Shown here piece after piece: positions 21,404-33,300 of a stretch of 64,000 nucleotides of DNA (positions within the stretch are counted from its first letter, which is position 1; the number at the start of each line of letters is the position of its first letter). Source of the stretch: Marsupella aquatica (lineage: Eukaryota; Plantae; Marchantiophyta). The stretch covers positions 15,589,974-15,653,973 of the forward strand of contig OZ316899.1 in NCBI GenBank assembly GCA_973895155.1, read 5' to 3'. The position numbers and the translations under genes were made by a program. Under the pieces are notes generated by a model. That model did not search any database, was not told the origin of the DNA, and saw only the letters and a program-made list of their open reading frames with translations.

Positions 21404-22519
21404 TCAGACAATCAATTTCCTAAATAGGCTCACAACAATTCTTCTCCTAGCGGAATCCATGTCCTGAGCCGTGAAATAAAAAACCATGTCTAAACTACGG
21501 TACTCAGCAAATTTCATGACAAATACGCCACAATTGTAGCTGTCGGATTGGCAAGGAATGTCCTTGCGTGCGTGCCTGGGCCACTCACGAGCCCAAAGGT
21601 GCTTCTGATTTTTGGTTCTCAATTCGTCGTCCATGTATTTTGCCAGGTTTTTCAGAACATCCGGCTCTTCACCATGAAGGGAATCCAGATACTCTAGGCA
21701 TTTCTCGTTCTTGTCAATGACGACCAATGCCCAATGGCTTCCGCCGTTGACGTGAATAGGGACAAAAATACAATCACAATCAAGCAAGAAATACGTCAAT
21801 TTTGAGGTCCATGACTCCACCGCCGCATAATTATAACCATTCTTTGTGAGTACCGAGTAGAACCAGGTATCAAAGAAATGGCACTTGAAGACTCTCATCC
21901 CTGATCTGTCTTCCATCGCTTTGATGAGACCAAAATACGCGTTCATAACCTCGGAAGTTATCCATTCTCCTAGAGAGAGGCATCTCATTTCTTTCCGGGT
22001 TATGACGCAACCATTAGCGGTGCTGACTAAAACTGCATCTTCATCCAAGTCAGGGCTCAGGCAGAAGTATATGATGCCGTCGTCGTCCACCTGGTCCGAT
22101 GGAGGGTTTTCTTTTGGTGACTCATTGACAGTAGTAATGGATTTAGTTTTTTGGACCCGGGCGCCTCTTTGAATCGTAGGCTCAACGATAGTGCTATCTG
22201 ATACTCCTCCTGGATGATGAACATGAGCTGCGACAACGGACTCTTGACCCCAAACTGGGGTGCTATTATTATTATCATTGGAAAGACAATAACGTGGACG
22301 ATCGATATCGCGGATGATCGATACTTGCGAGTCTCTTAACAAGGACTGTCCGGATAATAGCCCAGCCAACACTACTGCCCCGTCAAACGACTGAGGCACG
22401 GGGCGGTCATGACCGGCTTGCACTGCACACGAGAGCAAAGGCAGAACTGCTGCCAAACTCCCCCGCACGTCTGTGTCTCCTTGGGGGTATAGCGACGGAG
22501 ACAGGAAACAGGTAAACAA
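21404..22519 (-). CDS. Ulp1/SENP-type SUMO protease (peptidase C48), transposon-associated; true start or splice site uncertain
   Basis: WITSEVMNAYF, HFFDTWFY, IFVPIHVNGGSHWALVVID, YLDSL, QSDSYNCGVF. The His-Asp-Gln-Cys catalytic residues are intact in an open 371-codon frame. Confidence 0.9.
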   Translation of the reverse strand: MFTCFLSPSLYPQGDTDVRGSLAAVLPLLSCAVQAGHDRPVPQSFDGAVVLAGLLSGQSLLRDSQVSIIRDIDRPRYCLSNDNNNSTPVWGQESVVAAHVHHPGGVSDSTIVEPTIQRGARVQKTKSITTVNESPKENPPSDQVDDDGIIYFCLSPDLDEDAVLVSTANGCVITRKEMRCLSLGEWITSEVMNAYFGLIKAMEDRSGMRVFKCHFFDTWFYSVLTKNGYNYAAVESWTSKLTYFLLDCDCIFVPIHVNGGSHWALVVIDKNEKCLEYLDSLHGEEPDVLKNLAKYMDDELRTKNQKHLWAREWPRHARKDIPCQSDSYNCGVFVMKFAEYRSLDMVFYFTAQDMDSARRRIVVSLFRKLIV

Positions 22520-22810
22520 GAATTTTTTTTCCTGTTTTTAATATGCTGTTACCAGGAAAAAATCACTGTTACCAGGAAAAATGACAATTTAAAAATGTCT
22601 CCTAAAACATGTTATTTCCAAAAAAAATTAACAATGCAACATTTTTGGCTAGCTTTCGGCGCTAGCAAAAAAAACTGGTCGACCAAAAATAATAATAATA
22701 AATTCTCAACAAAAAAATTTGAAAAAATTCAAAAAAAATTTCCACTCATTTTCCTGTTACCAGTTTTTTTTCCTGTTACCAGTTTCTGTTATTAAATCAT
22801 GTTTCCTGTT
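22500..22810. repeat. Cluster of CTGTTACCAG / TTTCCTGTT motifs and one GCTAGC-N7-GCTAGC palindrome
   Basis: CTGTTACCAG at 22546, 22566, 22754 and 22773. GCTAGCTTTCGGCGCTAGC at 22648-22666. Confidence 0.75.
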
Positions 22811-25800
22811 TGCTGTCTTTTGTAAACACCTCCTCCTTGGAGACCCTTGTCCACAGCGCTGTCCATTCGCATACTCGCAGATAGTGACCACTGGCTGCCC
22901 TGGCATTCAGATCTTGTGTGGAGCAGCCCGGTGGTCTCCACAATGACTTTGCAAAGCTCGACACCTTGTCGAGAGACTTCATGTTCTCAGCATACGCCGT
23001 GAGGTCCATGACGTCCTCCCTGGCGGAGCAAAATTAGAAGCACTTGCGTTCCAAGAGTAGTGCATGCTTCAGAACCTGCCCCCCTATAAAGAAATCGAGC
23101 ACTATTTCCTCTTTTTTCAAGAAAGCTTCTATTATAGCTCGGATTATTCGCCCGGGCTTGATATTGGTAGTGAAGGAGCGGCCGCTGGGCGATCTGAACG
23201 GAACCCAATTTTCCAGCCTAACTTTCATCGCCGCTTGTTTGATGCTAGCCATCTCCCCATTGGGACGGTCCGTCGATTGTTCCTTGCTTGCCTTGCGGAG
23301 CTCCACTCGGTCTCCGTCTTCGAAGCTGAAATGGCCGGTGAAATTCTTGAAATGCGCTTCCCAATCCGGTTTCCTGTCTTGGGAAACACCGAGAAAAATC
23401 ACAGTTTCCACCACACCTCTCATGTGCTGCCGCGGGAGAAGCTCAAAGGCATTCTTGAAATAGGTGCCATATTCAAGATGGGCATTATAGTTATCGGGGA
23501 GACATCGCGCCGCCTCAATGATCCATGCTAGAAGTATTCCCGGATGCACAAAAAAGATGACCTTCAATGACTCGTTGGCCGGAACATTGACGACAATTTT
23601 CAGAAAATTCAATATTTTTGATTGTGTCCACGTATTGCCCCGGTGTGTGTCAAGTCCACGATCGCAAGAGATGCCACAATACTCTCACTACAGCTAGAGC
23701 AATCGAACGCTGGCTCGGCCAAAGCGAGAAAATTTCCAGTGTAGAAAATTCTGTAGGGATCCATCCTCAACCGAATATGTCCACCAAACTTCTTCAGATA
23801 CAGATTTTGTAGCCTATTTTTCAAAGCCTCCGACATGTCGGCCCTCTCGAACACCTTCACCAGGCTCCTAAAATATCCGGCATCGACCAATGCGCAACAA
23901 TGATCAAGTTCGTCATTCGTAAAATCAAACGTCCGAATGATGTCCGCCCAGAGAGCACCGGCCGAAAACAATTGGTCATAGTTTGCACGATAGAATCGCA
24001 GGATTGCGCATTTCAGTTTGTCCATATACTTTGCCTTTGCTGCCAGGTCGGACATGGTCGGCATATCAGTTAAAGCGTGTTTCTTTCTAATCAACAACGC
24101 ATCACCCGAAAGGACTTTCATTAAGATGTCGGTGATGTCGGATTCCCGCGTGCCCTCGAACACTTGGAACGTACTTCCGTTTAACCTCTTCGCTTCCTTT
24201 GGTTTGTAAGTAACCTCTCCAATGTTGTCGGGGAAATGTCCTTTCAACCAACTGTTGCAAACCGCTCTCCACAATTTGTACAGGTCTTCCGAGGTGAATA
24301 GGATCCAGTTGTACTCGTTGATGGTACTCATTTGCAGCGTGAGTTTTGCAAGCGCCTCGTACTCCTGATCATTATCAATCATAAATATGTGAATCAAAGA
24401 ATTACACACGTTGCGTACACTACATACCCTGCATACCCGTTCACTAAAACACTTAAAAATGTAGTCATGATTTTCTTCCCACCCATCATATAAATAAACA
24501 CAAATCCTCCATATACTACCTAGAATTCGGTGGACTTTCGCCCAGAAGGAAGTGGACGAGCTGGACGATCCATTTCGCTGTACTGCAACCGGGCGTGCTC
24601 CACCTGATCAATGAATGGAGACAAAAACCTGTGTGCTTCGGATTGCATGTTGTTTGCATGGGAAATCTCCACCAGAACTTGGGCAGGGGTCGAACCCTTC
24701 AGGATTTGAGCCCGTCGATATTTCAGTAACTTGGCGGTTTGCATCAACGCCGGTTGGGTTTGCGCACTCCTAATTATCCTCTTTGTAGCCATTGCTGAGT
24801 GTTGTCCACTGATTGCAAAATATTTAAATTTGGACAACTTTTCGGAATCAGAATCAGAAACAGATAGGTCGATGAGTTTGTAAGCCCCGTCGATGCCAAT
24901 GCTGTAGGCAACCAGATCTACAGGTAGTGGCTCTTGACCACTAATCATGAGTAATCATGAGTTTGACGAGGTGATTGACATGATCATCATTCAATAAACA
25001 CTCGTTCATCTTGGTTGGGGGAGTGTGGATATTGTCCACTGGAACCGTGCAAAGCGTAGATAGTCCAAAGGAATACCAACACTTGTACAACTGCAAAGTC
25101 CTCTCTGCATTTTCGAGACGAGAACGATCAACCAACAATATTGAACTATCATCCACATTCAGCTCGATGGTGTTGATCGACACCCTTTTCTTCTTCTCGA
25201 CCCTGCTCATGTCCCCTTCCTCTGTCTTTGTTTTCGCTCCACATGCTTGTTCAATGTTCTCCCCTTTGCTTCTTTTCCCCGTTTTTTTGGCATCGCCTGA
25301 GGTTCCTGTTTTCCCGATGCCTCCCCTTTTTGTGCTTCCTTTCCTTCTTCCCTGGTTGTTGCTGCTGCTCTCTCTCTCGTGATGACCTTTCTTTCGGCTG
25401 CTTTCTAGACGTCTCATTCTCCGGCCCGGTCTTTGTTTGGGGTTCCTTGTCTTCGCTCCTTTCAACTTGCTGCCTCTCTCACGTGCTTGGCACCGTCAAT
25501 TGTTTATCGTCCCTATTTCTCTTTTTGCGATTTTTGAACTGATCCGACCGTAATACCACTTCAAGCATTTCTTGCGGCACACTGCATGTACCTTCCACAC
25601 CCTCATTACCCCCAAATCTGCCTGAATGAGATGGATGACAAGGTTCCAGCTTCCTCGTTTTTGGCCCTGATTCGGACAAATGTCTAGCTTGATGAAGAAC
25701 TGGATGCTTACGGATCCAAGTTTTTACATAATCGCGATTGAATTTGTTTGTGAAAATTACAGCTTTGTCGATAGTTATCCTCTCGCGAAGCTCATCGTCA

Positions 25801-26078
25801 CCTATGGTACGCGCCATGATGTGTGCCACCTCTCTAGTTTGGGACAAGAAAAGTCCATGCCTGTGATTCAATAAGAAGTTTACCCTTCCAAGCCTGTACA
25901 GTATATAATCACAACATATGTCACGATCTTCATCCATGAACGACTCACAAGTGGGATCAAAGAATCCGTGCGATGTGATGTTCATCCAGACATCGTAGGG
26001 TTCAAGGCAATGTGCACAGCAGAATCTTCCAGCAAGTGCGACAAATTGCTTGAAACTCAAACCTTCAAGATCCTCCAC
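22797..26078 (-). pseudogene. Second, divergent ParB-like + N4/N6 methyltransferase-like fusion gene
   Basis: ORFs 25479, 24941, 24520, 23609, 23034 and 22797 chain together. ParB-like KYFAISGQHSAMA..LVEISHANN; phase-0 GT-AG intron 24365-24519; MTase-like IKPGRIIRAIIEAFLKKEEIVLDFFIGGQVLKHALLLERKCF. A 10-bp duplication at 24942-24961 causes one frameshift. Confidence 0.7.
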
Positions 26079-27603
26079 CGTTATGATGAGCTGCCTCTCT
26101 CATGGCCGCCACTTAGGATCGGCAGTTACATAGCAGTCCGCGACAACACCAAAAGTGACCCAACATTTCTGCTCCTTCTTGGTTGCTATGCCTTGAAGGA
26201 CACACTACCACACGCCTGTCACTTGCATCAATTCAAAAGACCACGATGGAACCGATTTAGAGATACGGGCATATCCCTTCACTTTAGGTGTCTGTAGCGA
26301 TAGATGGCTCAAATTGCAGAGAAGCGATTCAACTCCTACGATTGAGCAACAAGCGAAGTATTTACATTTTAGCACCACAAGAACTTGGACGAAGGCGTTT
26401 TGACAAGCCATCTAGAAACATTGATGACTCTAAAGGATAGCAGAGATGCAAACAAATGCAAAATGAGCCATTTCAAACACTAAATCCTAAAGCCATTCTT
26501 GTTGCCGATGATTGCCACAATGAAATACAGTGTGCAAATATGACATAGACAACCCTAATGGGTGAGAGCTGCCTCGGCGGAACGGAAGAAAGGCTGACAA
26601 CCCTAAAACATCGCGCGTTGTATATCTTCTCATTTGCATCGCCGCCCATGGTTCTCTACAAAAGAAGTCGCATATCCTACCAGAGAGTCGCGTAGGGTAA
26701 ATGACAGATGGGGGTTTTAAGACCCTACCTTCCAATTGGATGAAAGCTTTGGTTGCCAATGCCAGAGCATCCAACGCTGGTAGAGTTGTTGTCATTCATT
26801 CACGTGATCTCCCTATTCACTGGCAAGGGTGCAGAGAGAGCACAGACACGGGCGACGGCACCACGGTAGGGAGCAAGCCACAGGAAATCCACCAAAGGAT
26901 GCTGTTTAAGTAGTGTTGTTTCTTACTGTAGGGGTGGGCAAACCGTAAAGTGTGGCCGACGGTTAGGTCTTTTGTGCAGCAGAGGCTAGGATGCTCCTGA
27001 TGACTGCTACCAGACTAGCAATCCACAACCCTGCAGGCTCCATCCATCTTGGATCGCCATCGTACTCTCAATGCCCTCTTAATGCCGAGCCTTGCTTCCC
27101 ATCTGCTTCACGTATGATCTCTCATGAATGACGGCCGAGGATAAGTTACTCCTCAGGTGCCGCCTCCCAATTTTCAAGATCCAAGTACCATCAGTACTGT
27201 TCAAGGCTCCTACTACTGTCCCTGTCACTACCTAAAGCAGCGAGCCCAAAGTAAGTACCACGAAGCGGCAAGTAACTCAGCATGAAAATCCAAGGCACGA
27301 GCCATCAACAGGGCATCAGCCATCATCATTAATTTCAAGGTTTAAGAGCCTGGGGGATCTCATTGTTCGCTCATGTCTGATTAAGAACCTCATGGATCTC
27401 ATTGACAGCCATCTGAAGTTGATGTGCCTTCTCCAAGTGGTCACCATTTTTTAAAACATAGAATACCTTCTTATAACGTGCTATAAAAAAGAAGTAACCC
27501 AATAAACAGAAAGACATAACACCAAAAGTGGACAGAACATAGCCTAAACCCTATGGGACTGTAATATGAATGATAAGCTCCCCCCCACATATCTTACACC
27601 ACT

Positions 27604-30600
27604 TGTCACGCCGTCAGCCTAGGCCTTAACCCGGGCTTCGGCTTAGACAGGCACATCCTTTGTTAAAATGAGGGTTTGGGCAGGGAGAGAGCCACAGAAT
27701 GCACCTAGCTCACATAAACTAGCACTAAGTGCGCCTATTGTCATATACGGACACCTCGTAGGTATGGTTTGTGTTCCGCCACCGGAATGTACCTCAATCG
27801 ATAGCAAGATCGACCCCGGCTTACGGGCTTCTAAGCCTTTGTGTTGTCCACCTTTGATCCGGATTTGATGGTATGGGTACTCAACCCGGGCTCGCAACCA
27901 CTCACCCGCAAGCTGCACCCCGTGCACGACTTGCGTAGTGCGTTCGGCCAAGCGTTGGCACCTATACACGAGATTCACACATATACATACGCACAAGCAT
28001 ACAATCTACATAGGAGACATATGCGTACACTTAGTTGACCCGAAAGCTCTGGAATGAACAGGTTTGAGGCTAAGGGTGTACACTACAACGGAGCCTGGCT
28101 GCGCACTTGCCCAACGAGCTTAGTCCTACACCCTCCCCTTGGTACTCTTTCACTCCCAGAGGTCGGGACTCCCCGCACATACCGCGGATGTCCAACACTG
28201 AGACTAAAAATCCCCCCCCCCTTGCCTCTACCGAGGGGTGCACTAAATACTAAGGGCTGAGGAACGGAGTGCCCTCGCGCCCAAAGTTTCGCTAACTAAC
28301 GTCCTAACCAAGCTGGTTGTCAGGCCGGAAAATGGCTTGTCTTATTAGAAGATCCTAATCTACGCAGGTTGTACAGCATGGCAGTGCTGCTTTAACTAAG
28401 GCAGGTGCTTGTCCCTGTAGCCTAATTTAACTACTCCTACTCTATTTTAATTGTACTCTACCGCTAATGCCTGGCACGCTTGCCAAAGCCGCTTGAGTGG
28501 GAGCGGCTATCCCGCTGCCTTCTGAGCCTGTCGGCGTCCTGCTTGAGTAGCTGGACCTGGTCCAGCATAGATTCATTCTCCCACTTTGCCGCGTCTGCCT
28601 CTTCCGCGGCCTCCTGGCATGCCTCTTCCAGTTGCTGGGTGTCGCTCGTCAGCTTATCCACCAACTGGGCCTGTTTCGTGACTTCTCCTTGAAGCCGCGC
28701 CACCTCTACCTTCAGGGTGTCAATCTCGGCTGTGTCCCACTAAGACCTGGAGTCAGCTTCCTCCAGATCCTTTTGCCAACTGACGGCTTGCCCCTGCAAA
28801 CCATCAATCTTGGTCCGGAGCCGCGCAATCTTGGCGTCCTTTCCGAGCCCGGCCTGTACTGCTAACGCTGCTTGGGCCCTAGCCTCGGCAACCTGGTCCT
28901 CCGTGGCCGTTACCTGAGGCCGTAGTTGCTGGAGTTCAGCCTCCAGGGTTGCCACTTCGTCCTTCAGGTAGGCAGACTCAAACCGATATCGCTCTATTCT
29001 CTGCGCTGTCTCTGCCTGCGCATGTCCTCCCCTTACTGCCGCAACCAACTCCTGGTTGAAGAAGTAGGCCACCATCTGGGCCATGTATTCCCTGGTGTCC
29101 CGAGAGATCTGTTGCAAGAAATCTCCCAACAACCCGTTCAGAAATGTGCCCAGCGCAAAGAGTTCCGGGTGGTCTAGACTGTGTCCCTCTGGATTCGAGC
29201 ACGGGCAGACTCCAACCCGTGCGGGAGTAGGAGTGGACACATCCAGCCCTTGAGGTAAGTTGGTCGAAGGGGCTGGTTCCACTGGAGGTGGGAGGTTCTC
29301 CTGCACCACCGCGGGGGGTGGCGGAATACCCTCGGCTATCGTGGCATTTGCTTCGGGTGCGGCTTCATCCGGCCCGGCTTCGATTGCATTGTCCCAATTG
29401 ATCGCATCTAAGGTCGCGATAATGTCAATGGGTATGCCTGGTGGGGTGGCAGCGGCTGGTTACGGGGCCGGGGTAGTAGGACTTGCAGCCACCAGACTTT
29501 GGGCCTCGGGCTGCGGTCGCCTCACCTGGGCTGGGAACACCCATTTTGGCGAGGTCAGCTCGGGCTCGTTGAGACGCGGGAGGCTCCGGCGGTCAAAACG
29601 AGCGTACCACTCGATGATGATTTTGATGTGGCTAGCAAAGTACGCCCTTCCGCCAAGGTACAAAGTCTTCCTTCTCCGCTCCATGTCCTCATGGAACTTC
29701 TTGACGAAGAAGGACGCCCACTTCCTGGGCCAATAATCCTCTTCCTGCATGACCTGAGCGGCCGATATTTCTCCTCTGGGTTCCATCATGTGGAGGGCAT
29801 ACCGCTGGAACTCCGGGCATTTTGCTACCTCCAGGATGAGGCACGTCCTTATTAAGAACCCATTGTCCACTACCCCCTCGGCCGGGAAGCTAGATGACTG
29901 GTATTTAGCTCCCTTGCCCCCAGGAGCCCACGATTCTACCCGGTTTATCCCCTCGGGTAAACCAAAAATCATCTTCAGACGTGCCTCATTGAGACACATC
30001 ACTCTCCCGTGCGCTCGGGTTTGTTGATGGGCCTCGTCGAAGTTCTGAATGAACTCCGTCATATCTTGCCCGTAGTACCTGCTTCCGTTCCAAGGGAGAG
30101 AGGCGAGGTGCTCAAACCCTTGGGTCTTTAGATAGCATGCATGCTTGGGGTGGAGGATGTTCTTGTGAACGTTGTCCCCCATGCGATGCATGGTCAGCTT
30201 GGCTACCGCAACCGTGGCCCAAGGCAACCCAGATACGGTTGCGGGCTCCTTCCTCTTCCTACCCCGAGACTGATTCCCGGGGTGACTAGAAGAGGGGGAC
30301 ATCTCTCCATCCTCTTGGTCGGGTGGTGGTAGCGCGACTGCCGTGAGTATTGGTGCCAAAGCCGCTAGAGTTACCGTGTTATCCTCTCGGGCTTGCTGGA
30401 GTGGTGTTGGGTTGTTTGGCGCTTGTTGAGTCGTACCCCGCGGCCGTCAATTCAAAGGAGGGTGAGCCTCCTCGTCTTTGGAGCTAATATTTACCGCATT
30501 CACCACGGATCGTACTCGGAGAGGCGGTGGGACCGGTGGTGGGGACCGGCTCGGCTGAGGCCGAGGAGGTGTAGGCACGGGTACAGGCACGGGTTGGCCG

Positions 30601-31546
30601 GCACTGGTCGTTGATGGTAGAGTTGCCATGAAGTTCTGTAGGTGCCGATGGAGGTTCTCCAAAGCAAGTGAAGATGGCCCTGTCGACCGGGCAGTGTTGA
30701 ACTTGCTGTTGATGATAGCCCGGACCCGAGCGGGGATGTGGTCAAAGTGGTGCCGCTGCAAGTCGATTGTGCCCGGGATATTGAAGACCTTGTCCGGAAG
30801 CGGAAGCAATGCCTCCCAGAAGCTGATGTATTTGCCTCCATCGAAGAAGTACCCTGATACTTCTTCGGGTCGGTAAAGCTCGCTCTGGGACGAGTAATTA
30901 AAGTTAAGGAGATAGTGGTGTTGTCCTGCTAGGCGGATGGCTCTCTCATACTCGCGTTCAATCTCGTATCGGCGCGGGGTTGGCATGTTTCAATGAGTCG
31001 GCCAAGTGCCCTCCGATAGACAGGCACTGAGTCCAAAATCGTATGACCAAACTAGAAAGGATCGTGTGCAACATTCAGAGGAGATAGCAGGTGACTAAGG
31101 GAAAGCGAGAGAGCCGGGGTCAAAGCTGGCGCGTGGACTGAAGAACTGGTGCACTGCAAAGGATCGGCCCCCTTTATACCCTGAGAGCTTGCCGACCGCC
31201 TGACGCCTCCTCGTTGCTTATAGGCCGAGCCTTTCATGCTCGTAGTGTACCGGCCCCTTCGCCGGTCCGGGTCAGCTTGTGTTAGTGGCCGCCTCCTGGA
31301 GTTTGTTATACGGACCCGAGGGAGGGGGAAAGGGGGCCCATTACACGCTGGCAACCCGGGCGTGCGAATGGCGACCAGTCGCCAGCCCGAACATGAATTC
31401 CCCTTATTGACTAAGGATTTCCTAGTCATAATGGCTACCTAAATACTATCATTATGCTAATAATAACTGCCTAAGATACCCATAACGCATGTGCTAAGGG
31501 CGGTTAGACCGAATCACTCATTACCCGCCATACCGGCGGTGTCACA
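27604..31546 (-). mobile_element. 3943-bp TG...CA element (giant solo-LTR-like), 5-bp TSD CCACT, copy 2
   Basis: Plus strand reads TGTCACG...GGTGTCACA. CCACT lies at 27599-27603 and 31547-31551. Homologous end to end with 15152-18819, and retains ~330 bp (about 28260-28590) that copy 1 has lost. Confidence 0.92.
28464..31074 (-). pseudogene. Paralogue of the 15617-18144 PMD-like/coiled-coil protein
   Basis: ORFs 30447, 29460, 28740 and 28464 align with copy 1 (IDLQRHHFDHIP; KLTMHRMGDNVHKNILHPKH; GTFLNGLLGDF; QQLEEACQEAAEE). Confidence 0.8.
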
Positions 31547-32576
31547 CCACTTGGGGGTGGGGGGGTGGTGGGGTATAGGTTGGTGGAGCAAGCGCATTCT
31601 CTCCTCCTCATTCTTCACCGATGCTCTCCTTCACTATGTTTCTTAATCGGTGGTATCTCGTTGGTGTAGCGTGTGATCGAGTGTTACACATTTGCTGCAT
31701 AGCCTGAGTTTAATTGGAGTGGGCATGAATGGCCATAAAATGATGTCCAAAATCATCGCGCATAAAATCATTTTCATTCCATCTTGACCACCCTAAAAGG
31801 TTGAAAATAGCGGATGCAAAGAATGTAATTACTTCTCAACAGTTATAAGAAAAAATAATCCCCAATGGGATTCTAATGGGTATAATCCTTATTCTGAGCT
31901 CATCTGAGACCGCAATATGTGACTCATTTTGGCTCAAGTGACTTCATTGTGACTCAACGTGACGTGAGCCGGGCTGTGACCCTTGGTGTTGCAAAAGTTG
32001 AGACCAAAAAACAAAAGTCACTATTGATACTAGACATTGCGACTTGCTTCAATGATACCCATTTGTGACTGATCTGTGACTCCATTATGGAGTCCAGCCT
32101 TGTTGATACGTGACTGGAATGTGACTTTAATTAGTCACAGGGTAAGAATTTAGGGAAGTTGTAACCATGACTGAATGGATTATAGCAATTGTGTAAGAGT
32201 TCATAAGGAGAGATAGTCAATTCAAGAGCACTCCACATTACAATACATAGAAACCCTAAATCATCACTTTAGAAATATATAACATATTAAATACAAGAAA
32301 TAAATAGAGCATGAATGACATCCACATGAAACAAAGCATGATATAAGGAGGTCCTACATAAAACATTCATAAGAATTCAACAGAATCACAATATCGCTGA
32401 AAGATGATGATCAATTCAATTACAATGGAACAATTTACAATGTCGTCAACGTAATTCAGAGAAAGCAGGAACTTGTAAACTGAAAATTGTTTGAAATAAT
32501 TGAAAGCAAATGCATGTTACTATCAATTATCAAGCATGATAATGCATTGCTTCTTGAATTCTAAAATCTACAAAGC

Positions 32577-33300
32577 ATGACAGTGGTGGACCTTGCCACC
32601 CAGCACCCTCACCAATCCCAGCACTCACGCCTCCACGGAATACCTCGAGCAAGCATCCTAGGGCCCCTTGCACCACCAGTGGCCCCTCCTACACGACCGC
32701 TACACAACGGTCCTCACTGTCTGCACAAGCAAACAAGCACCTTGGTAAGAAACGGTCCTCAAGATCTTGAACTCGCCAAGTCTAGCATCCTAACTCAAGC
32801 TCAACAGACATTGGTAAATAGGTCAGCAATAGGTCCTCCCGATGCCATAAGCGGGAACCATAATCCACACCCACTGTTCGTCCAGAATAGCTCCTTCCTT
32901 GGCCGTAGCCCGGGTTCCCCCTCGTACCTATCCATCACCAACTGACCGCCCTGACCCCAGGACATGCTCATGGCCCAAATAGCATAGCTTGTCCTAAAGC
33001 TTGTCCCAACAAGTAGGGACCAGAATGGCCCCGACTCTAGCAACCAACTCCCAATTTGCCTCACTAATGGCCTAGGGACCGAGCACTCTTGGAACTCAAC
33101 CTCCACACCTACTTGGCCTTGCCTCCCCAACACAAGCTCCCTTGGGAGACTGAACACAGTTTGGCTGCTGTTCGGCAAGATTTGGCAAGCAAGCAAGTTA
33201 ACACCCGCAAACCCCAAGAACCCATGGTGCCCCCAGACCCAGCTGAGCTCAGGAGGGCTACAGCTTTCCAACGGACCAAAGAAGTCCTCCAAGAAGTTGT
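32577..33300. repeat. Dispersed repeat, inverted homologue of 2990-3772
   Basis: Near-identical translated segments to 2990-3772, with internal deletions. Confidence 0.8.

Noticed and set aside
15152-31546. The two large repeats as LTRs or TIRs of one 16-kb element
   Set aside because: They are inverted and each has its own distinct perfect TSD, so they are independent insertions.
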